Shown: positions 27,064 to 38,382 of the stretch, piece by piece | Layout of the letters: each line of letters begins with the position of its first letter | Numbering within the stretch: position 1 is the stretch's first letter | Assembly (NCBI GenBank): GCA_965644295.1 | Contig: CBFFRP010000014.1 | Location: 9,227-73,226, forward strand | Reading direction: 5' to 3' | Source: Paraphysomonas bandaiensis | Taxonomy: Eukaryota; Protista; Chrysophyceae | DNA: 64,000 bases | Notes under the pieces: model-generated | What the model was told of the DNA's origin: nothing | Databases searched by the model: none | Seen by the model: the letters and a program-made list of their open reading frames with translations, nothing else | Position numbers and translations under genes: made by a program

Positions 27064-28747
27064 TGTCATCAGACAGCCAAAACTCTGAAATAGAAGAAGG
27101 TCTGTGGGTGCGAGTAAAAATTGTCGCTTTGACTAAATTTCGAGAGGAAGCACAGGCATTCTCTGTAAATCGGTCCGAGTTAACTTCTTCGACAGACCAA
27201 TTAACGATTTGGGTGAGAATTACTGCAATTACTGCTAAAGATGTTTTAATATAACATTTTTTTTAGATTCCAGGAGGTAATCTTTTTGAAGACGATAGTA
27301 ATATCTGGCGTGTCAAAGGTCATGCATTCTTGCATGCACTCGTTGAGGGCGTAGCGAGGCAAGCGTATAATCAAAAGTTATTGCCACCACTATCAGACTT
27401 CAACGACCAACTCAGGATAGACTTCAGCAGAGGTATTACTGTTCGAACTGCAACAAGTTCTGGTATCATTGGTAATTTCCACATGATCCCTCCCGATGGA
27501 GAATTGGACATACCGTTACTTCCCACTAGACGCCAGACAGATCACGATAGGAAGTGTTGTCGGGAAAACGCTTCCCACTATGTGGTGATTGCTGGTGTCC
27601 CGTTCCAAAATTGCCCAGACGATGTGATACTACAGAGACAGCTCAGCTTTGTTGATTCTTCCCTTGCGCTTGTTAAACATAAACAGAATGATCTTCCCCT
27701 CTGTAAATACATGCACTCAAAATATTTCAAAGTTGGCCTGAATCATCGTCCAGGAAATGATATGAACACGTACTGGTCACCGGCAATGAAAGAAGCCATG
27801 ACCGAGTGCAGTGAAGAGGGTCAAAGACTCTTCGAGCTTAATCCTCCAAAAAGTATGCAAAGTGGTATCCGCAAGCAGAGAGGATTTGGTCACGGTGGTC
27901 AATCAGGTCTTAAGCTTTCAACCGCCAGTGAACATGATGCGGCGGACACATCGAGTCATTTGGAAGCACAAAGGAATCGCTTGCATATCGAGCGATGTCG
28001 TGCCAAAGCTTGGAGCAAGAAAGATTTGATTTCTGATAGCAAATTGAAAGATCTACTCGAGCTTCCCGAGGGCAAGAAAGTAAAGAGCTACTCGCAGTTA
28101 AGAACATACTTATGTGAATACTTTAGTACCCTAGAAGGTGAAGAACGTGCAGCTGAAGACCCGTTGGAGTATGACCCGACACTCGATACATGGGTTCTCA
28201 AGTTGGATTGGATGGGTCAAGACTTCCCAAAATATAGTGACCTCAAGGGGGGTAATAAGCCAATACCTGCAGCCCGTGAAAATATCATATTCTCGTCGGT
28301 TCGAATAGGACCACACCCGCCACCACCACCGCCCCCTGCTCTACCAGCTCCTCCAGGTGTTCCAGCACAAGGTTGGCCTATCCCAATTGGTGTTCCCCCT
28401 GCTGGAAGTAGTGGCCCTTCTTTTGGTGTCCCTTTTCCCCTTCCACCAGACTGTGGACCATCGCCCTACGGGGTATACCCCCTCCTATTTATCCAACTGG
28501 GGGTTTTCCTTTTCAGCAGCAGCTTCCTCCGTATTACCCACAGGGATCTGCTCCTCGGCATTATCCGCATCACATGCTGTATGGCTACCCGCCAGAATAT
28601 TACCACGGCCACAGGGATTTTGATTATGCATCGCGTTATCGCCAACAGCGATTTGCCTGGGGAGAAGGAATGCGAAAGGATGAGAGGGGTGAGTGGATAG
28701 CATATGAGGCCGAGTATGAAATTCCTTATCCTGCCGACCCTTACTAA
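27063..28747 (+). CDS. Transposon cargo gene of unknown function, about 543 aa, with a Pro/Tyr/Gln-rich C-terminus
   Basis: Exon 27063-27212 (MSSDSQ...QLTIW), GT-AG intron 27213-27266, then in frame with ORF 27330-28700. Adding one C to the C5 run at 28478-28482 continues the composition as YPPPIYPTGGFPFQQQLPPYYPQ...IPYPADPY* ending at 28747. Confidence 0.8.
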
Positions 28748-29101
28748 ATAGAACAGATTGCAGTCAATCGTTATCTGCCGGGTCTCATTTATTATTTATT
28801 TCGAATCTTGGTAATTTTTGGATGAATTTAACACATACGCTCCGATGCATCGAAATTTAGGTTTAGACTCACTAACCGATTTTCTTTTTTCTTCTTAGTA
28901 TGCAACTGTATGAACTGATATTTTAAATTCTCCACAAACTTTTCAAAATTTTGTTTTTTTGATTTATTAATATTACTTGAATCTATTGCGTATAATTAAT
29001 CATATTCTATCACGAAGTAGTAGCAAGCATATCACATTCAATCATCAGTACATCTATATTAGTAACTAGTGAGTAGAGTATAGAGTATAATCTGCAAATG
29101 A

Positions 29102-30132
29102 TCAATAGTTACAGGCTTCGCACTGTTCTTTCCAAGTAACGGTAATATCCACTCGATTGAATAAATTGCACGCAGTTTCGGCAGTACAGCATGACCACAA
29201 AGCTTCATGTAGTTGAGCTGCAAGTGGTTTATATGCGTACATAATTCCCCACTTCTTTCTAATGTGCGCTTTGGCAAGATGAAATACGGGTTCAATTGGT
29301 GAAAAATCATAAGAATAAGGGGGAGAAACACAACCATCACGCCGAATTCTGCACACATATTATAAATATCTATCTTCACGTGCGTCGAAGCATTATCCAT
29401 GAGCAGCACACTGCGATCCCCAGGAAAAGGGTTCATGTGGGGAAAGATGTCATGTTCTAGGGCATCTAGAAATGTATTATGATCAACATTTTCTTCGTGT
29501 ACAGTAACAGCAAAAACTCCTTCGATAGACATTGCAGCAATGGCACAACAACTAACTTGGGGATTGAAGTGGCCTATAACATCACCACTCACGAAGGCAG
29601 GGTAGCCATGTGGTGAACGCCCATATCGGCGTAGAACTTCTGCCGGCTGGAGATGTGATTCGTCCACAACAGCATAGCAGCGAGCTGGAATTTCATCCAA
29701 TGATCGGGCCAAATTATTCTTATAGTAACGCCTCAAGCCCTCATTTCTGTTGTGGGAAATTCTTTGACAAACTTTTACGGTATAGCCCTCAGTGTTCATG
29801 GCATGCTTCATTTGGTGCTCCAAGTACGCCACGCCGTACACATTAAAAACCTTTTCGCATAATTCTTCGTTGGAATAAGTTGAATTTTCTGCCAGCAACT
29901 CTTTAACAAAATTGATATGCTCGAGTGAAATGACAGTGTGGTGCGAATGGTGTGAAGACTCTGGTTTAACTGATCCAGTGTCCAGATATTTGTCCAACCA
30001 CCTTCTAACTGTGCTTTGGGACACATCGTATTTCTCGTATATATGATCTAGTGATGCGGCCACAGAATTTGTGATTTCCAGAGAGTGATCAAACACATCC
30101 AAAATTAAAAGACGGAAAGCCTCGGAATACAT
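29102..30132 (-). CDS. DD34E transposase (IS630/Tc1-like), about 343 aa, with a one-base frameshift in a homopolymer
   Basis: N-terminal HTH (VSQSTVRRWL), VVDESH and LLMDNASTH are present. Restoring one base in the G5 run at 29319-29323 gives FLPPYSYDFSPIE, with 34 residues between the second D and the E. Confidence 0.92.
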
Positions 30133-30142
30133 GTAAATATGG

Positions 30143-30340
30143 TGCTGCGAATGACAAACATGTGAGAGAAGGTTGCTTCAACACATTGTAGAAGAAATCA
30201 CCTTGATTTGCAGTGCTTATCATGGTAATTGTGGGTTTATGGTACTGTTTAATGTAGGTGAGCAAGTTTTGTAATCGCGATCAAAGAAGATTGAAGAAGA
30301 GAGAAAAAAAAGTTTTTTTCACACCCGCTCTCCCTCACAA
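30143..30340 (-). repeat. Right TIR (198 bp)
   Basis: Exact reverse complement of 26866-27063. Confidence 0.95.
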
Positions 30341-30584
30341 TAACTAATATAAACTTTATTAAATGTCTTTTAAAACATCATGTTCTCTTCACACGGTACC
30401 TCTACTACAAAACAAGTCGAGGTAATACCAAAACCTGGGTTTTGATGTAAAACCTGGTGAAATTTTTGGTGATGGTCGGAAAAGGGTATAACTATGCACA
30501 ATAAGTAACTATGAAGTTAATAACAGTGTGAAGAGTATTATTTATAATATTTTTTACTAATTTCTTCCATATTACTTCAGTTTT

Positions 30585-32112
30585 ACAGCAATAAAAGTCA
30601 CCGACTACACATATATATTACATACAGTTCACAAGTATGAACTATAACCATCTCACTAAACACCACTATACCATCTCAGAATACACCCACATACCATCTC
30701 ACTATACACCCATATACCATCTCACTATACACCCATACCATATTACTATGCATCACTATACCATCCCACTATATTATACCACTATACCATCTACTGTATA
30801 CCACTATACCACCTAACTATACACTACACTATCTCACTATACACCCATATACCATCTCACTATACACTCATATACCATCTCACTATACACCCATACCATA
30901 TTACTATGCATCACTATACCATCCCACTATATTATACCACTATACCATCTACTGTATACCACTATACCACCTAACTATACATCACTACACTATCTCACTA
31001 TACACCCATATACCATTTCACTATACACCTACGTATGGGACAAATCATACGCGATGGGCAGAAACCAAGCCAAAGGAAAAACCGGGCCTGATCACATAAC
31101 AACGGCCTCAGCATGCGCAGACTGTGCACTCCCAATCGACAACATGGCACACATGCTTCTCACCTGCACACACCCCGACCTCACTCACATACGTGAAGAT
31201 GTTCACCAAGCACACCACAACAAGTTCGACAAACTTCGCACACGCACGCTCCCTCATCCCTGGTTCCACACCGCCATAATCAAACTAGCAAAAGCCGCAT
31301 GGAATCCACACACACCCCAGGCTGAGCGCTACTGGACCGGCCACATTACTGCCACACAATTGACCGACGCATTCGGACGCCACATATCCAGCTCACTGCT
31401 CGAACATCAGTTCCACGTTCTCGAAAAATCCGTAACCTCTATCCTCCTTCCCCTATATGGTGGAGGGCTCCGCATGCTTCGAAACAGAGGTCTCAGACAT
31501 CACAACACAGAGACACTGCATCAGTAACACCGATTACGACCCCACCACACTCACAGCAACGCCCGTCGCAGGATACTCACCCGACACCAAAAATACTCCA
31601 ACTACTCCTAGCGACATCCACCCCAAGAATTCTATCCGCTGCAAGAGTCGAACCCGACAGAGACAAGCACCACCACTCCGGAAACAACTCCTCCTTACTT
31701 GTGGTCGAAATCCCACCTCGACAACGAGCACCATCTACACCACCGACTTACACTCTCATATACATCTAGCCCCAACCATCCCCCGTAAAACTCACGATAC
31801 AGGCCCGGCAAACACACTGCCCAAAGGCAGACCCCCCGATTAACCTCACTGCAAGGGACGGTTGAACCATGGTGCTCGCAGCGATGCACAAGCAGTCCCG
31901 AGACGGTAGCCCGCTAATAGTAGTATATAGTAAGTCGAGTTATTAGTTATTCTATAGATGTAAAACTAGTTTCTGTACGCAACCGTTCTCATGTAATAAT
32001 CAGCTATTCTTTTATATTTCACTATACACCCATATACTACCTCACTATACAGCACTATATTATACCACTATACCATCTCACTATACATCACTATACCATC
32101 TCACTATATACC
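30585..32112. repeat. CACTATACCATCT-type minisatellite interrupted by a LINE
   Basis: Many cactatac/accatct variants at 30585-31029, including a higher-order duplication of about 155 bp. The array resumes at 32016-32112. Confidence 0.85.
31030..32015 (+). mobile_element. 5'-truncated non-LTR retrotransposon (LINE 3' end)
   Basis: CADCALPIDNMAHMLLTC fits the C-x2-C-x8-H-x4-C knuckle found after RT in LINEs. The 15-bp duplication atttcactatacacc flanks it at 31015-31029 and 32016-32030. Confidence 0.8.
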
Positions 32113-32577
32113 ACACTGCACTAACTGTGTACATATTATGGTGTAGGAGAAGTGCAACGGGAAGAAGAATGTTGTCAACATTCGTGGCGACATATCCAAC
32201 GACGACCCGGAGGCGGAGGAAGAGATACCACGAAAGCGCACGAGCAGGGTAAGTAATACTGTTCATAAAGATGGTGACGGGGTCGTATGTCGTATATATG
32301 CGGTATTGTTCTGATTATTGCTGTGCGTTGTTACTATACACTGCACTAACTGTGTACATATTATGGTGTAGGAGAAGTGCAACGGGAAGAAGAATGTTGT
32401 CAACATTCGTGGCGACATATCCAACGACGACCCGGAGGCGGAGGAAGAGATACCACGAAAGCGCACGAGCAGGGTAAGTAATACTGTTCATAAAGATGGT
32501 GACGGGGTCGTATGTCGTATATATGCGGTATTGTTCTGATTATTGTTGTGCGTTGTTACTATACACTGTACTAACTG
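32113..32577 (+). repeat. 225-bp tandem duplication containing an exon-like unit
   Basis: Units start at 32113 and 32338, with a partial third at 32563, and are nearly identical. Each contains tgtag|GAGAAG...AGCAGG|gtaagt. Confidence 0.9.
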
Positions 32578-33074
32578 CTTATGATCCTTCACCTGCTTAT
32601 GATCCTCCACCTACTAGCAATGTGCCCCCAGCGGCTGTTGCCGCGTCGTTTCCGAGCATAGGTACTAATACTACTGTAAGTAGTAGTGGTAAAGATGGCT
32701 ATATGCGTATGCAATGTATCCGAAATCAGGCTATTCGGTTGGAGCGTTTGCAGTCTCAAGCGAAGCAGATGTAGCTATATGAGAATATGATATTACAAAA
32801 CACAAGTAATAATAGCAGGGCCAACTTTTAACGCAATAAATACTGCTAATAACAACTATACTTGCGACTTTTTCTTTATCTTTAACCTCTCAGATACAAA
32901 TTACAGTAAAATAATAACTCAATACTTATATATGAAACCTGGTGAAATTGCTTTACCAGGTTTTGGTATTACCTCGACGTTACGTCAACTTAAATCAACA
33001 TTTTGGAAATTTCACCAGATTTCGACCGTTTTACCAGATTTGTACATCATATATATCGACTTCTTCTTGTTGTC

Positions 33075-33470
33075 AATCACTCAAAGCAAACGCAGAGAGA
33101 AATAGCATAATGTTTATATATACCTGACATCTGCTGTCTTGTCAGGATTTCTGAGTTCTTAAGGATAACTCATCCTGGGTGTCCGACTTCAGCAAGCAGT
33201 CCAAATCCCAGGATACCCTTCAGGTGGGCTCATACCCGGATGCCCTTGCGGTGGACCCTGTTTATTCGTCAAAACTCAAAGAAGGCATCTACACACATGT
33301 ATGTGACATACATTTAATTGTCGCCCTTGTTGCACCACAGATACACTAGAGACCATGAGTGGGCAGAACAATATCTGCTTACTTTTCATGCGACTCACGT
33401 TAGTTTCCCGGTGAAATATCTTGTGTACTTATCCCCCCAGAACACCACGAAATGGTACGAGTCAGAACCT
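33075..33470 (+). repeat. Copy of dispersed repeat family D
   Basis: Colinear with about 58415-58760 (cactcaaagcaa, tatacctgacat, gacttcagca, gtgggcagaacaatatctgct, gcgactcacg, gaacaccacgaa). Confidence 0.8.
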
Positions 33471-34752
33471 TAAGGGTTCAAGTTAGTGTATAGCTGTTCT
33501 TTTTAGCTAAATTATTGCTTTTTTAGCTACTACGCAGCAATGGGAGGTTCACCCACCTTTACCATTTTTTTGAGTAATTCCCCTGAGACGATCAATGACC
33601 GCATTCATCAAGATTTTCAAACTGGCAAATTGCTTGTTCAACTGGATCAACTCATCACGAAAACGCTCTACTAATCTTGCAATTAAGTAAGAGCTTCTAT
33701 ATCACAGCTTGTGAACAGCCTCAAATATGGAACTGATGAAAGTGTCCTTCAGCTCCAACCGTTCTGTACTTGTTTCGTTTTTGGCGATTGTCTGCAGGTC
33801 TAATCGAACACTTCTTTAGACCTAAATTATTTCGATTCTTGCGCATGAGCTACTTTGAGTTTCTCCGTCCAGTGGATCAGTTCAAACTGATTGAACTTTG
33901 AAAGTTGCTACTCCATGCGTTACTATATAATAAATATATATGTTAGGGTGTGGCTAAAACTTAAGTAACGGAACATTAAACTCACTCAATAATCAATCAG
34001 TAAAATTATAATCAGTATCACTTATCAGTCATTGTCATTCACAGAATTTTATAACCTCAACTGCCAATCCATAATATTAAATTTTATCTATTATTAATCT
34101 TATACAGTCAAAATATTTCAGTTTGTCTAAACAATCTCATTGCTTATCATTAAACTTCATATAATATTGTCTCTGACTGCTGTATTATTCAATTGACGGT
34201 TCTTATTCAGATAATAGTGAATATCTTGTCATTAGCAATGGGCGTATATCGTATAAAAATTCAGGAAACCTTGAAGTACAGCTTTTAATAGCTAACAAGA
34301 AAGCAATACTCAACATACCAGAGAAGTATTTTGTACCCAAAATTTGCTGAAATCTATTCATACTAATGAATAAAATGGGTTAAGGTTAGTGTTTGCTGTG
34401 TTCCGAGTATGCATGTCCATTATATAATATAGTTACGAGTACGGCTGTGCAATGAGAATTCAGATTTGGGAATAAGTCATAAATTTGCTCGTTTGAAATA
34501 ATCGAAATGAAGAAAATGTGAGCTAACTAGTAGTTACACTATTGTATATTGTAACAATATCGACAAATTTATCACAAACATTATTACGGCGAGGGAGAAG
34601 TTGCAAAGTGTACAAAAGGCAGTATAAAGACAGCACACGAGACCCATAACACAGACTACATATACTTATTACAATGACCACTACTCATAAGTAACACAAA
34701 AGACAAAACATGCATGCATGAACTGTGACGATTGTTTTCTGTCAAGTCAACT

Positions 34753-37710
34753 TTATTTTGTGTGCATGCATAACTTCATTGCATAGTGGCCACAAGATTC
34801 ATGATTATCATTGGAGTCAGAATCGCTCCTCAACTCCCCTTCAACAACAGCAGGAATGTCAAGGCTGTCAACTAAGTATCCTAAATCCACTTCAGTCTGC
34901 CCTACCAATTTATCTTCAGAATCAATTTTGCTCAGCACACGAAGAAGGAGAGACGACGATTTCAAATCTTCCAACTTAAAGAAAGAAGAAATATTCAAAG
35001 AAGGCCATGATATATCCGAACTGCTATTCTCCACGACATCAGTAGTATGTTGCCATACAGAACCATCGCCAATTGATAACGTCGCATATATATCCGCTTT
35101 CCCATCTTGTGCGCTCTCTGTGTAACATGTTTTAAACATCGCTTAATGTAAATAATCTAGTAAAGATACCTGAATACATTAATTTAGACAGCAGCAAGTC
35201 TTTAACTTCGAACGCAGGTACTAAAGGTTCTGAGACCGTACGATATCTCATACGAATCATATACCGTCCAACATTGGTATCTTTATTCAATACTGCGCCA
35301 GACAATGTGACCCATTGGTTAATTGAATTCAGTACGCCCTCCATATCAACTTGGCAACGTCCTAAAATTGTATCTTCGGTAGAACTCTTGCTTCTCAAAG
35401 TCAGTGTCAACATTCCGTCTTTGAGATCTCTAGTACAAATATCCTTGTCAAAATTTATCTCCCACATCGCATAAGCCCCTCCATGTTCTTTCGCATCTGT
35501 TGTGTATTTCCATTTGGAACCATCTCCCACAATAAGGGTGGCGTAAGGTTTGCATTTTTCATCATAGTTGCCATCTGAAACAAGTGTAAGTAATGATATT
35601 AACAACAATTAGTAAAACAATCACCAGTGTCTCTGATGTTGTGTATGTTTAACTGTTGGACTTCAAAGACACCCACGACTTCTGAGTCATCACACAAGTC
35701 ATCTGCAGCCGTTTCGTTCTTCTCAGCAGATTTCAGTTCTTCAGCTGGTTCATTTCGCGCGTCAGGCTCCACCAACTCACCAGGTTTAGTTTCAAGTGAT
35801 TCATCGTAGTCTTGCTCTTGTGACAATATCCCGTTAACCTCTCCTTCTTTCGGCAACCGAACCTTAGTTGAAAGTGATTCGATGGCCTCAAAAGACGCTT
35901 CATACTCGGGTTCAGGGACAGGTTCGTGCGATGTGGTCTCAGTTACCGTTTCGTGATCAGATTTCGGATCAACAACACCGTTTACATCCTTTTCAACAAC
36001 CACACCTTGTGATACATCGGTAGAGTTAACACCTGTGTTATTTCCGTGCTCTGTGCTAGATTTTATTAAACCTTCAGTATCATGACCTTCAGTATCATGA
36101 GTCGATACGTCAAGTTCTTCAAAAGAATCCTCGTATGTATCATCAGCAGCTGAGTCTATAGGTTCAACCACTGGTTCAGGTTCTGCCTCTGGTTTAGCAG
36201 TAGGTTCAATCACTGGTTCAGGCTCTGGCTCCGGCTGACGAGTAGGTTCAACCACTGGTTCAGGTTCTGGCTCTGGCTCAGGAGTAGGTTCAACCACTGG
36301 TTCAGGTTTCGGTTCCGGCTCAGGAGTAGGTTCAACCACTGGTTCAGGTTCTGGCTCCGGCTGACGAGTAGGTTCAACCACTGGTTCCGGTTTCGGCTCT
36401 GGCTCAGGAGTTGGTTCAACCACTGGTTCAGGTTCTGGCTCTGGCTCAGGAGTAGGTTCAACCACTGGTTCAGGTTCTGGCTCTGGCTCAGGAGTAGGTT
36501 CAACCACTGGTTCAGGTTCTGGCTCTGGCTCAGGAGTAGGTTCAACCACTGGTTCAGGTTCTGGCTCAGGAGTAGGTTCAACCACTGGTTCAGGTTCTGG
36601 CTCAGGAGTAGGTTCAACCACTGGTTCAGGTTTCGGCTCCGTCTCAGGAACAAGCTCTGGTACAGGTCCTTGTTCCGGTTCTGGAGTAGGCTCTACTGCT
36701 GATTTAGAAGCAATTTCTGTCACATCTACATCCTTTGGTGTCGACTCGTCCGCATCCTCGAAAGAATCTTCATAGTCTTCGGTCGCTGTTTGTGGAATAC
36801 AACTAAAAGGCTTATTTTGAACTGGCTCATCTGGGCATTCACTTTGGGTAGATAAAGTTCTTGGGGCATCGAATGAACTGGGAACTGAATCTACTTGGGC
36901 GGGGGTGTGCTCTCCATGCGGCGAAATGCTCAGTACCCCATTCATTTCAGCACCAATACCAACAATCGACGGATCCTGCAAGAAGACTTTTCGATATATC
37001 GTCTCCATGTCGTGCTTAGGTACGTCAAAGAATATCTTATTTGCCCATGATATGAACTCTTGCTTTAAAATGTGCCTAGATGTGCTCTTTTCTTGGTCTG
37101 CAAATATGGATTGCGTGAGCGCTACAAAAGCAGCATCAGGGGGATATGTGTCCTGCATATTCAGGGCACAAGAGAGTGCACTCGCAACACACATCAAAAG
37201 TATAGTCTGCGAGTGGGCAAGTCAGATTGATCCAAGATATATATGTACAGTCAAACCGTTTCGTCCATGGATATTTGCGCGCTACCATCGAAGTCAAACA
37301 AATCAAAAACCATAGCAACACGTGAATCTAGCATAAGCTGACTGGCATCTCCAATGCATAGTATCGCTGAGAGCAGGGTAACTGCATTTACCCTGACTTT
37401 ACAGTAAGTGTATAGATCTTTTCTATTTTAAAAACTTACATTGTTGCATTTTCAAAGCTAGTTAGTGCACGAATTAGAGTTGCACCGTCCTCTTGTGACA
37501 AGCCCGTAATAGCAGATATGACACTTTTATCAATTCCAAAATCGAATTCTTCGTCTGTATAAGCTCTAACAATAGACACGACTCGTGACCACGGCCCTGC
37601 AAAGTATCACAATTATCAGCAACAATTCGAAGATATGAAGTCAGAAACATACATGACTCAATAGTTAGAAAGATCGGTGAAGGATTCTCTACCGACGAAC
37701 TAACTCCCAT
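34753..37710 (-). CDS. Multi-exon protein with a possible EF-hand-like N-terminus, [10 protein letters not shown] repeats and two C-terminal C2-like domains
   Basis: ORFs 37474-37710, 35599-37197, 35132-35608 and 34753-35139. C2-like signatures KPYATLIVG...YTT...AMWE...LTLTLRSK...[11 protein letters not shown] and [10 protein letters not shown]...LLLRVLSK...[11 protein letters not shown]. The N-terminal exon structure is uncertain. Confidence 0.75.
36160..36693 (-). repeat. Coding minisatellite, (PE)nPVVEPT, with 30/36-bp units
   Basis: Recurrent ggttcaaccactggttcagg; translates as [12 protein letters not shown] repeats. Confidence 0.95.
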
Positions 37711-38382
37711 GCCGTTAGTGTTTTCGAACTCGTACAGATTTATCTAATATGTATGTCTCTATTCATTCCATTCACAAAAGTTCCACACCATTCCACACAA
37801 TGCATGAGTGCGTGCATATGCATGTGCTGCTGATGCAGAGCAGAGTATCATAAGTGAGCGCTGCGGGTATTGTGCGTACTTTGATCATACAGCACGACAA
37901 TGTAACTGATAGCAGCTGCTGCTGGTACTGTCCTGAAAGTATCCCACAAAGGGGATTTTCAGGAGGTCCCATATATGGGATATTATAAACTTCGTGTTTT
38001 TTTGGCGAACAAACATACATAAAATTATTGTGTTGACGAATCCATACATACCAGTGCCAGCGTATCGGCAGTCAGCATCTTATTTTTCGGGAATATAATG
38101 AAGCAAAATTATTCTATATAACTTCAGTATAACTACAGCTAAAATACAGATAATTGTTGTCTCCGTATTACAGGCTTATTAGAACAAAAATATACAAAGG
38201 ATGCCGATACGAGAATACCATACATAAGAACCAGTAGCAATACTGCCCCTGGTACAAGTCTAGTATCGGTACTTGTGATTCCTGGTTGAGACCACTGATG
38301 TGCTGAAAGCGTTCACCACTAGCAAGTTCCTGTAATCTGCAAGTGTATATAATTGACTCTCGTGTCTGTGTTGTTATTCACT

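Larger units (their letters stand above)
26866..30340. mobile_element. IS630/Tc1/mariner-superfamily DNA transposon, 3475 bp, carrying two convergent genes
   Basis: Perfect 198-bp TIRs at 26866-27063 and 30143-30340, TA on both flanks (26864-26865 and 30341-30342), and a DD34E transposase inside. Confidence 0.95.
30416..32978. mobile_element. Non-autonomous TIR element with perfect 23-bp inverted ends
   Basis: gtcgaggtaataccaaaacctgg at 30416-30438 and its exact reverse complement at 32956-32978, with subterminal aaacctggtgaaat motifs near both ends. No transposase recognised. Confidence 0.75.
26792..33060. mobile_element. Old outer TIR element with degenerate GTCGA-starting ends, hosting nested insertions
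   Basis: Left end gtcgatatgatgcccaaacctggtaaaaaggt (26792) is similar to the reverse complement of the right end, gtcgatatatatgatgtacaaatctggtaaaacggt (ending 33060). Confidence 0.5.

Noticed and set aside
27063-28747. Cargo as a Fanzor/TnpB RNA-guided nuclease
   Set aside because: Fanzors do ride in Tc1/mariner elements, but no RuvC-I D(P/L)G, RuvC-II E..TS, CxxC zinc ribbon or RD.NA motif is visible. A profile search is needed to exclude it fully.
30585-31029. CRISPR-like or telomeric array
   Set aside because: Degenerate head-to-tail units with no unique spacers and no fixed telomeric unit; an ordinary minisatellite.
33480-33920. Possible decayed minus-strand coding fragment
   Set aside because: Multiple stops; no family could be assigned.
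36210-36653. [10 protein letters not shown]-repeat ORF
   Set aside because: Alternative frame of the PEPEPVV coding repeat.
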